The notes beneath the pieces were generated by a model. That model did no database searches. It was not told the DNA's origin and was given only the letters and a program-made list of their open reading frames with translations. The position numbers were made by a program, and so were the translations under genes. Of a stretch of DNA of 64,000 nt, positions 8,525 through 16,071 are shown in pieces (within the stretch, counting starts at the first letter, position 1; each line of letters starts with the position of its first letter). Source of the DNA: Planctomycetota bacterium (GTDB lineage Bacteria > Planctomycetota > Planctomycetia > Pirellulales > PLA5); the NCBI GenBank assembly GCA_003576845.1, contig QEVJ01000001.1, forward strand, positions 92,537 through 156,536. Direction: 5' to 3'.

Positions 8525-9727
8525 CTAAAACTCGTTCGGCCGTTGTCCCACGGTGATCGTCAGCGTCGTGGGCTGTCCTCGGCGGTAAACCTCGACCTTG
8601 ACGCTCGATCCGACAGCCGTGTCGGCGACCAACCGGACCAGCGTCATTCGGTCCGGCACTGGGTGACCATCCCATTCGACGACGACGTCCGCAGGCCGAA
8701 GACCGCCTTCCGCTGCCGGAGTGCCGCGGATGACCGTTTTGACGAGCACGCCGGTCGCCTCGGGCAGGCTCAGGCTTTGGGCAATGTCCTCCGTTACGTC
8801 GGCCATTTCCACGCCCAGCCACCCGCGGGCCACGCTGCCGTTGTCCTTCAACTGTTCGTAAACTTTCTTCGCCCTATTGCTTGGAAGCGAAAAACTGATC
8901 CCTTGATACGACGGCCCGACGATCGCCGTGTTGATCCCGACCAGTTCGCCACGGACGTTGACGAGCGGTCCGCCGCTATTGCCCGGGTTCACGGCCGCGT
9001 CGGTTTGCAGGAAGTATTGAAACGGGTTGCCGGAAACCGCCGTGCGTTCGGTCGCGCTGACGATCCCGAACGTCACCGTATGATCGAGCCCGAACGGACT
9101 TCCCAAGGCCCACACCAGCGAGCCGGGCACGAGTTCGTCGCTGTCGCCCCAGGGAAGCGCGGTGAGCTGTCGTCCCGCGTTGATCTTGAGGACGGCGAGG
9201 TCGAACAGCGGATCGGCGCCGATTCGTTCGGCGGGAAACACCGAACCGTCGGAGAGCTTCACTTCGACCTTGGTGGCGCCCTGAACGACGTGATAGTTCG
9301 TGACGACGTAGCCCGCCGGATCGACGATGGCTCCCGAGCCTTGGCTCGACATCTCGCGGTGCGGCACGAGTTGGGCGAGTTCGTCGGGCAGGTTCGTGTC
9401 GCGCTGCACGACGTTGATGTGGACGACGCTCGGAGCGACCGCCTTGGGGATCAACTCGAACCCGGCGCTGAGCGATTTGGCGTTTACTCCGGTCAGCGCT
9501 TCGCGAGCGGCCTCGGCGGCAGCTCTCTCGGGGCCTCGGCGCACCGCGGCCGCGACATTCTCGACGAGCGTGGGGAGCGATGCCAGCGTGACGACCAGCG
9601 CCGTAATCGCCACGATGCCCCAGATCAGCGAGCTCCAGGGAAACACGACCGTGACGCTCGGCCGCTCGGTCGGCGATTCCGCGCCAGGGGTTTCGTTCCG
9701 CGTTTCGAATGGCGAATGATATTCCAT
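8525..9727 (-). CDS. HtrA/DegP-family serine endoprotease (S1C) with one PDZ domain
   Basis: Track ORF of 400 aa. It has an N-terminal TM segment, triad contexts TNYHVV / DLAVLKI / GNSGGPLVN, and a PDZ-like C-terminus (GVLVKTVIRGTPAAEGGLRPADVVVEWDG). Confidence 0.9.
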   Translation of the reverse strand: MEYHSPFETRNETPGAESPTERPSVTVVFPWSSLIWGIVAITALVVTLASLPTLVENVAAAVRRGPERAAAEAAREALTGVNAKSLSAGFELIPKAVAPSVVHINVVQRDTNLPDELAQLVPHREMSSQGSGAIVDPAGYVVTNYHVVQGATKVEVKLSDGSVFPAERIGADPLFDLAVLKINAGRQLTALPWGDSDELVPGSLVWALGSPFGLDHTVTFGIVSATERTAVSGNPFQYFLQTDAAVNPGNSGGPLVNVRGELVGINTAIVGPSYQGISFSLPSNRAKKVYEQLKDNGSVARGWLGVEMADVTEDIAQSLSLPEATGVLVKTVIRGTPAAEGGLRPADVVVEWDGHPVPDRMTLVRLVADTAVGSSVKVEVYRRGQPTTLTITVGQRPNEF

Positions 9728-9914
9728 CGCGTCCCCCGGTGGCGTCGCCTGGCCGCTGGCGCAAGTCCCATGTCCGAAAAAGGTTAGGGTACGAGCGGCG
9801 TTGCGTCTAAGGTCATCCTAGCAGGGCCGGCGGCCGCGACAACCGCTTTGGGCGGCAAATCCGGCAATCGCGGCTTCTACCGCGCCTTCGCGGCCGGCCG
9901 CGCCGCTGCATTCT

Positions 9915-11078
9915 ATGCTTTATCGGGCACGTTTGCGCTGTCGTGCGCGCGAGCCGTTCGATTCGCCACCGATGCGATCCCGATTTATGGTCGATCCGGC
10001 CGCCGCACTGTCGTTGACGTCGCCTTCCGCGGAATCGTCGGCCGCCGCTAAGCCCGTCGATCTCGACGTCGAGACGTGCCCGAATTGCAACGCGCCCCGA
10101 ACGGACACGAGCGTGATGTGGTGCCGCAAGTGCGGTTATCACCCCACGCTCGACCGCGTAATCGACCTGGTGGGCGAGGACCTCGAACAAGAGACGCCGG
10201 CTGTCGCCGTCTCGGATAAGCCCAGCGCCAAGGAAGGCCTGAAGCTGCTCTTCGAAGCAACGCCCGCGTGGATGCGGCGGAGCGCGATGGCGGCCGTCGC
10301 CGCGGCTTTATTGGGCGTGCTCGCTCGAATGTTCACCGAGCCGGAAAGCCTCGCCCGCCTCGCCGCCGCGCTCGTGCTCCTGTTCGTGGCGAAGTCATCG
10401 ATCGTCACGGCCCACGTCTGGTCGTTTTTCTATGCCGTCCCTGAGTCGGACCGTCTGGGCATCGGCGATTTGATCGTGCGGCCGTTTTACGTCTGGTCGC
10501 CAACGATGCGGGATATCGAACAGCCCGGCGTCTGGCGCCGCCCGGCGCTGATGGCATTCGGAATCGTGGCCGAAGTCGTGGGGCTCGCCGTCGTCGGCGG
10601 CATTCCGTGGGCGCGGGTATGGGAGCTTGGTCCGGCCGAACCGCCCAAGCGAGCGCTCGCCGAAGCCGTGGCCAATGTTGGCAAGACCGACGAAACGGAC
10701 GACACCACGGCGCAGGCCGGCCCCGCGAAAGCTGCCCGCCCAAGGTCCGACTGCGTGATCATCGGCTATGTACCGAGCGTGGCCGGACGGTTGCTCGGCG
10801 ACCAGGGCGATCCCGATTTTTCGAGTTTGGTCCTTGCCACGGAGATTCGCGGCAAACTGACGGTGATTGGCGCCGTCAGCGGCCCAATCCCCGACGCCGA
10901 AAGGGCGGCCATTCGCCAACGGCTCAAAGCCCTAAACCGAGCGTCGCCCGTCATTCCCTGCACCATCACCGCGAACTGGCTCGAACCCGTGCTCGCGTGC
11001 CGCGTGACCTACACCCGGGCCCAAGGCAGCCGATTCGAGAATCTCAAGTACGACAAGCTATTGGCGGAGTTGCCGTGA
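9915..11078 (+). CDS. Zinc-ribbon membrane protein with C-terminal region resembling the OB domain of ATP-dependent DNA ligases
   Basis: Track ORF of 387 aa; the start may be 9972 or 9987. It has a ribbon (CPNCNAP...WCRKCGYHP) and 3-4 hydrophobic helices. The C-terminus GKLTVIGAVSGPIPDAERAAIRQRLKALNRASPVIP...WLEPVLACRVTYT...LKYDKLL follows the LigD/LigC OB-domain pattern. No KxDG adenylation motif is present. Confidence 0.6.
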   Translation: MLYRARLRCRAREPFDSPPMRSRFMVDPAAALSLTSPSAESSAAAKPVDLDVETCPNCNAPRTDTSVMWCRKCGYHPTLDRVIDLVGEDLEQETPAVAVSDKPSAKEGLKLLFEATPAWMRRSAMAAVAAALLGVLARMFTEPESLARLAAALVLLFVAKSSIVTAHVWSFFYAVPESDRLGIGDLIVRPFYVWSPTMRDIEQPGVWRRPALMAFGIVAEVVGLAVVGGIPWARVWELGPAEPPKRALAEAVANVGKTDETDDTTAQAGPAKAARPRSDCVIIGYVPSVAGRLLGDQGDPDFSSLVLATEIRGKLTVIGAVSGPIPDAERAAIRQRLKALNRASPVIPCTITANWLEPVLACRVTYTRAQGSRFENLKYDKLLAELP

Positions 11079-11112
11079 TGGCGCGGGCGCCGTGTGGAGT
11101 CGTCGCGATGCC

Positions 11113-11673
11113 CTATGCGCATCCCACGGCGGCCATGGCTTCGGCAACCAACTCAGGGCGAGACTCCTGCTGATGCTTGAGGTCCAGGGCCGTATTGATG
11201 ATCCCGATCTCTTCGGCGTCGCGCACGACCTCGTCCCCAATTAGGCGATTCTCGGCGAGCCATCGGGCGACGTCGCGCCACAACCAGAGCGGAGCGCTGT
11301 CCGGATGCTGGCAAGCGGGCGGCGGAAAGTCGCCGCGACCGCGGGCCCCCGTCACGTATTGGTGAACCATCTGCCGTGTCCGGCCGATCCGGCGAGCGAT
11401 ATCCGATTGGCTCACGAGATTGTTGTCGTCCACGCGCCACACGTCGGCCCCGACGCCGGCCTTGCGAATATCGCGAACGGCGCCGAGGATCGCGTCCTTC
11501 ATGGACGCGGCAGAACGACCAAACGTCAGCGCGACGCGCCCGCCGCAAACGGCGATGGTCGCATCGTCGCAGCCCGCTTCGTACAGAGCATTCGCGACCT
11601 CGTCGGACACGGACGCAAGGCCCTTGAGGACTAACGTGAATTCGAATTCACGCTTGGTTCGCGGCATTCTCAT
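11113..11673 (-). CDS. HicB-like N-terminal domain fused to an HTH DNA-binding domain (putative antitoxin/regulator)
   Basis: Internal ATG (11673, or 11667) of track ORF 11113-11832. It reads MRMPRTKREFEFTLVLKGLASVSDEVANALYEAGCDDATIAV..., followed by an HTH (VSQSDIARRIGRTRQMVHQYVTG). It overlaps the upstream small gene by about 20-26 nt. Confidence 0.6.
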   Translation of the reverse strand: MRMPRTKREFEFTLVLKGLASVSDEVANALYEAGCDDATIAVCGGRVALTFGRSAASMKDAILGAVRDIRKAGVGADVWRVDDNNLVSQSDIARRIGRTRQMVHQYVTGARGRGDFPPPACQHPDSAPLWLWRDVARWLAENRLIGDEVVRDAEEIGIINTALDLKHQQESRPELVAEAMAAVGCA

Positions 11674-11923
11674 CGTCGTCTCGTTCGTTTGGTTGCAGCG
11701 GTCGATGGGGACAGGCATCGACGTCGCGTTCGATATGCCGGGCGTGGTTCTCCGCGCTGCGGGGTGTTGACCAAACGAACACGATGCAGCCGCCGCGACC
11801 CGCAAAGGGACAGTACAACTTTGCCCACGCATGGCCGCCCGACATTTCTACGCGCCAACCTCGCCGCTCCGCGTGACGCACGGCCCGCTCGATGTGCTTG
11901 TTGGGATGCCTTGGTCGGGCCAT
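11648..11923 (-). CDS. Small HicA-like (dsRBD-fold pattern) protein, putative toxin
   Basis: Track ORF of 91 aa. KHIERAVRHAERRGWRVEMSGGHAWAKLYCP...GCIVFVWSTPRSAENHARHIERDV gives a helix / 3 strands / helix pattern with a GGH motif at the HicA GSH position. It sits directly upstream of the HicB-like/HTH gene. Confidence 0.5.
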   Translation of the reverse strand: MARPRHPNKHIERAVRHAERRGWRVEMSGGHAWAKLYCPFAGRGGCIVFVWSTPRSAENHARHIERDVDACPHRPLQPNERDDDENAANQA

Positions 11924-12108
11924 TCAAACAACTGTAGGGGCGGTGTTTACGACTGTCAAGCAGCCGCCCTGCCGTCACGATTATTGTTCGGCGTGCCCGG
12001 CAACAAACCATCCACAAGTTTGACACCGCCGGAATCGGGGACACAATAAAAACTCCCCTTTCGCCGGCAGCAGTCTGGCGCTGGCGTCCGCTCTGGCCCG
12101 TTTGCCCG

Positions 12109-14160
12109 GTGTCGTTGATGGTCGATGCGTTGCTAGCTTTGCGGTGGATGGCCGGATACCGGCTACTGATCATCGCCCTGGTCCTCAGCGGCGGCGGCAC
12201 GTCCGGCGGTCTGGTCTACGCCGCCGACTTTTCGTGGATCGCCTCCGGAAACTCCGCCTACAACGCGGTCGGGGCATGGAGCCCGACCGGCACGCCGGGC
12301 GCCGGGGACATGGCAATTTTCGACCGCTACGCCTTCGGCGGCGAAGGCGAAACCGACGTCACCTTTACCGGGTCCGCCACGAACAGCCGGATGATCATGC
12401 GCGACGACGATATCCGGCTCGTTCTTGGTGGCTTCACGTACACGTTGACCAACGCCTCCGACGCGACGCCGGGAATCGTCGTCGCCGAACAAGGCGGCAA
12501 CATTTCCAGCCTGCGTGTCGAGGGTAGCACGCTCCAGTCGAACTTCGCCACGGTCGGACATGCGGCGGGAAGCTACGGCGTCGCAACAATGACCGGCGCA
12601 ACCTGGGTCAACTCGCAATTGCTCCGCGTCGGCAACGGCGGCGACGCCGACCTGATCCTCGAAACCGGCGCGCAACTCAATGCCGGACGCATCACGATCG
12701 GCGATCAGGTCACGTCATCGGGTATCGTCTCGGTAAGCGACGAAAACACGCTACTCCGCAGCGCCCAGCAGTTGGTCGTGGGTGCTGCCGGCGACGGGGA
12801 ACTCTACATCTACGACGATGCGGTAGTCCGTTCGACCGGGGCCGCGATCGCCCGCGATGTCGATTCCACCGGCGTCGTCAGTCTTTCAGGCGGTTCCTGG
12901 GAGAACACCGGTAACCTCGACATCGGCGGCGGAAATGCCTCCGGCGGCGTCGGCGACCTGATCATCGATTATGGCTCGACCGTCACGACCACCGGACGAA
13001 CGCGGATTTGGGACAACGGCCTGTTGAGCATCCGCGGCGGAACGCTCGTCACCGGCTCGCTCGAAAACCTCGGTGGCATCGAGTATCTCGTCGGCGTCTT
13101 GCATCTCACGGCGTCCGACTTGACGATCGGCGACTCGGGCGTGCTCGGCGCGGTGCTCGCGCTCACGCCGGATATGCACACGATCGTCGATCAGCACACG
13201 ACAATCGACGCCAACGGCTCGATCGCGGCCATCGAAGGCATCTTCAGCTCCGGCACGATGACGAACAACGGCCGAATGACGGTCGTCGACGGCGCGATGC
13301 AGTTCGAGGGCGCGAGCACGAATTCCCCGACGGGCCGCATCAGCGTCGTCGACGGAACCTTGGCCCTGGGCATCGGCGCGGCGAACCGCCTGACCAACCA
13401 AGGCAAGCTCGACCTGCTCGACGCGGTCGTCAACGGCGACTTGCACAATGCGGCCGGCACGACGATCACCCACGGCGGCGCCGTGCAATTCAACGGCCGC
13501 GTAACGGGCGACGGACAACTCTCCGGCGGCGGGCACGTCACGTTCGCCGGCGGCTTCGAGCCGAGCGCCGAGGCCACCGCGCTCGCCTTCGGCGGCGATG
13601 TCTCGTTTGCCGGCACGAATTCGCTCCTCATGCAAATCGGCGGCACGACGCCGGGGGCCGAGTACGATCAGATCGCGATCGTCGGCTCGGCAGCCCTCGC
13701 CGGAACACTCGACGTGCAGCTCGTCGGCGGCTTCATCCCCGCCGCTGGGCAGTCGTTCGCGCTGCTCGAATACGGAGCGCGTTCCGGCGAATTCGACCTG
13801 AACTTGCCGCCGCTGCCCGGTTCGCTCGACTGGGCGGTCAATTACGGTCCGGGGTCGCTCGTGCTTTCGGTCGGCAGCACCACGCTGCCGGGCGATCTCA
13901 ACGGCGACAGCCTCGTCAACCGCGCCGATCTGGTGATCCTCGTGAGCAACTTCGGCATCGCCTCGGCTGCCACGGCCGCTCAGGGCGATCTTAACGGCGA
14001 CGCCCGGGTATCGCTCGCCGACGCGATCGTGCTACGATCTCAGATGAGCAGCCCCGGTTCGCGGGCGGCAACGGCCGTTCCGGAACCGGCCGCGTGGAGT
14101 TCGGTGCTCGCTGCGGCAACCGCGCTCGGTTTCCTGCGGAGAAGGCGAACCACTCCGTAA
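12109..14160 (+). CDS. Secreted beta-helix (autotransporter-passenger-like repeat) protein with dockerin-like repeats and PEP-CTERM anchor
   Basis: Track ORF of 683 aa (GTG 12109; alternative ATGs at 12118 and 12148). Gly/Thr/Asn-rich degenerate repeats are typical of parallel beta-helices. It has two dockerin-like calcium-binding motifs (DLNGDSLVNRADLVILVSNFG; GDLNGDARVSLADAIVL). The terminal VPEPAAWSSVLAAATALGFLRRRR is a PEP-CTERM sorting signal. Confidence 0.8.
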   Translation: MSLMVDALLALRWMAGYRLLIIALVLSGGGTSGGLVYAADFSWIASGNSAYNAVGAWSPTGTPGAGDMAIFDRYAFGGEGETDVTFTGSATNSRMIMRDDDIRLVLGGFTYTLTNASDATPGIVVAEQGGNISSLRVEGSTLQSNFATVGHAAGSYGVATMTGATWVNSQLLRVGNGGDADLILETGAQLNAGRITIGDQVTSSGIVSVSDENTLLRSAQQLVVGAAGDGELYIYDDAVVRSTGAAIARDVDSTGVVSLSGGSWENTGNLDIGGGNASGGVGDLIIDYGSTVTTTGRTRIWDNGLLSIRGGTLVTGSLENLGGIEYLVGVLHLTASDLTIGDSGVLGAVLALTPDMHTIVDQHTTIDANGSIAAIEGIFSSGTMTNNGRMTVVDGAMQFEGASTNSPTGRISVVDGTLALGIGAANRLTNQGKLDLLDAVVNGDLHNAAGTTITHGGAVQFNGRVTGDGQLSGGGHVTFAGGFEPSAEATALAFGGDVSFAGTNSLLMQIGGTTPGAEYDQIAIVGSAALAGTLDVQLVGGFIPAAGQSFALLEYGARSGEFDLNLPPLPGSLDWAVNYGPGSLVLSVGSTTLPGDLNGDSLVNRADLVILVSNFGIASAATAAQGDLNGDARVSLADAIVLRSQMSSPGSRAATAVPEPAAWSSVLAAATALGFLRRRRTTP

Positions 14161-14186
14161 TTTGCGAACAGAGCACAGGCACTCCG

Positions 14187-15680
14187 ATGACTCGACGCGC
14201 GGGCATTTCGGCGGCGCGGCTCTTCGTCGCTTTGCTGACGCTCGTTCTTTGCGCCCAGCACGCCGCCGCCTTCGACGAAATCGAAGACGCGCTGCGGGCA
14301 AGCGATGCCGAGTTTCGCGACGAACTCGCGGCGCTCGCCGAACAGTGCCGGGCCGTGGGCGAGCTCGATGCCGCCAAGAAACTCGCCGCTTGGCACGTCG
14401 AGCGAAGCCACTCACGATTCGTCGTCTTCGACATCGACGACGCGGCACAGTGGGCCGACGCCGCGACCGATTCCTGGCAGGCGAAGTTCGTCGCCCTACG
14501 AACGGTCCGGGCTGCACGGTTGTTCGACATCGCCCACAAGGCCGCCAAACTCAAACGCCGCAGCGAGGCCTACGCGCTTCTTTGGGAAACGCTTCGCGAA
14601 GATCCGCAACATGCCGAGGCCCGGCGAATGTTGGGGTTCGAGCGAGTTGGCGATCGCTGGGCATTGCCGTTTGCGGCGAAGCAATTGCGAATCGGCCGCG
14701 TGTGGCACAAGCAATTTGGCTGGATCGCGGCCGAAGACGTGGCCCGCTACGAGCAAGGCGAGCGAAAATCCGGTGACCGCTGGGTTTCGGCCGAGCAGGA
14801 CGCCCGCCGCCACCGGGAAATCCGCAATGGCTGGCGAGTCGAAACCGAGCATTTCGTCGTCACCACGAACCACAGTCTCGAAGAGGGTGTGCGGCTCGCC
14901 ACCGAGTTGGAGCGGCTCCACCGCGCTTGGCGGCTGGTGTTCGTCGACTATTGGATGGCCGACGGCGAGTTCGAGAAGTTGTTTGCCCCGGCCGACAAGC
15001 CGGAGAAATCGGCGTTCGTGCCCCCGCCGGAACGAAAGAACCGCCACCGCGTAACGTGCTATCGCGACCGCGAGGAATACGTGCGGGCCCTGCAAACCGC
15101 TCAGCCGCGCGTCGCCATGTCGCTGGGCGTTTATCTCGACAACGGCCGGTGTGCATACTTTTTCGCAGGCGACGAACAGCACCCGGCGACCGTGCTGCAC
15201 GAAGCGACGCATCAGTTGTTCAAGGAGTCGAAAGCCACGACGAAACAGCCCGGCACGCGGCACGGGATGTGGCTCATCGAGGCGGCCGCGTGTTACATGG
15301 AGTCGCTCAGGCCCTACGACGGTTACGACACCGTCGGCGAACGCGATGCGGGGCGATTCCCGGCGGCCGTGGAGAAAATCACCGAGCAGTTCTATGTGCC
15401 GCTCGCCGAGCTTGCGGCCATGTCGTCGGACGATCTGCAGCGGCATCGCGACGTGGCGAAGGTCTACAGCCAGGCCGCAGGCGCCATGACGTTCCTGCTG
15501 CACGCAGACGAAGGCCGCTATCGCCTGCCGGCGATGGTGACGCTCGATGCGCTCTATCAAGGCCGCGCCGTTCCGGGCACACTCGCCGCCGCCTGCGACA
15601 AGACCTACGAAGAACTCGACACGGCGTACGTTGAGTTCATCAAGGCGCAAACGAACGGGCGAATTAAGAATGCAGAATGA
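14187..15680 (+). CDS. Secreted DUF1570-like protein with HExxH-type motif (putative metallopeptidase)
   Basis: Internal ATG of track ORF 14094-15680. It begins MTRRAGISAARLFVALLTLVLCAQHAAA (signal peptide). A VLHEATHQLF motif sits in the C-terminal half. The last codons and the stop lie inside the heptamer repeat at 15668-15709. Confidence 0.7.
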   Translation: MTRRAGISAARLFVALLTLVLCAQHAAAFDEIEDALRASDAEFRDELAALAEQCRAVGELDAAKKLAAWHVERSHSRFVVFDIDDAAQWADAATDSWQAKFVALRTVRAARLFDIAHKAAKLKRRSEAYALLWETLREDPQHAEARRMLGFERVGDRWALPFAAKQLRIGRVWHKQFGWIAAEDVARYEQGERKSGDRWVSAEQDARRHREIRNGWRVETEHFVVTTNHSLEEGVRLATELERLHRAWRLVFVDYWMADGEFEKLFAPADKPEKSAFVPPPERKNRHRVTCYRDREEYVRALQTAQPRVAMSLGVYLDNGRCAYFFAGDEQHPATVLHEATHQLFKESKATTKQPGTRHGMWLIEAAACYMESLRPYDGYDTVGERDAGRFPAAVEKITEQFYVPLAELAAMSSDDLQRHRDVAKVYSQAAGAMTFLLHADEGRYRLPAMVTLDALYQGRAVPGTLAAACDKTYEELDTAYVEFIKAQTNGRIKNAE

Positions 15681-15754
15681 AGAATGCAAAATGAAGAATG
15701 AAGAATGCACTCGCCACTCGGCATTCTTCACTCTTCGTTCTGCATTTTGCATTG
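15666..15754. repeat. Palindromic intergenic element with 7-nt word arms
   Basis: The left arm at 15668-15709 is GAATGCA GAATGAA GAATGCA AAATGAA GAATGAA GAATGCA. The right arm at 15721-15753 is GCATTCTTCACTCTTCGTTCTGCATTTTGCATT, an imperfect complement. It overlaps the stop codon at 15678-15680. Confidence 0.8.
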
Positions 15755-16071
15755 TCTGAAGACCGATCGCGAAGCAAGATGTGGCAATTTGGCCGCGTCG
15801 ATGCGTAGCCTTTTCGTCGCCGCGTTGCCGAAATACTACGCTTCTTTCTACTAGGGGGCCCGTCGGGGGCATTCGCGACCTCCCGAGGCCGTTTGCGTCC
15901 TATCTTTGTGATAGACCGCCGGTGTTGAACCGGTCGGTCGCGGCGCGTCGCACATTTGCCCATCTCCGTTGCGGCGCGGCGATTCCTGTCTGATATCGCA
16001 CCTATCGCATCGACTTCGTCCGCGCCGCCGCGCCTTCGCGCGAGGTACCGCGCGGCGGAGGGGTTAGTCTC

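Noticed and set aside
7239-9787. + strand ORFs of 429 aa (7239-8528) and 447 aa (8444-9787)
   Set aside because: They are antisense to the kinase-like gene and to HtrA. Both are Arg-rich shadow ORFs without motifs.
11978-12030. TTGACA hexamer upstream of the PEP-CTERM gene as a sigma-70 -35 box
   Set aside because: No acceptable -10 hexamer lies at 16-18 nt spacing; the best is AATAAA at 19 nt. Planctomycete promoter consensus is poorly known, so this is not reportable.
15666-15754. Short tandem repeats considered as a possible CRISPR array (also at 23776, 35789, 38411)
   Set aside because: The period is only 7-9 nt, with no unique spacers of 25-40 nt. The arrays are arranged as inverted halves, and no cas genes are present.
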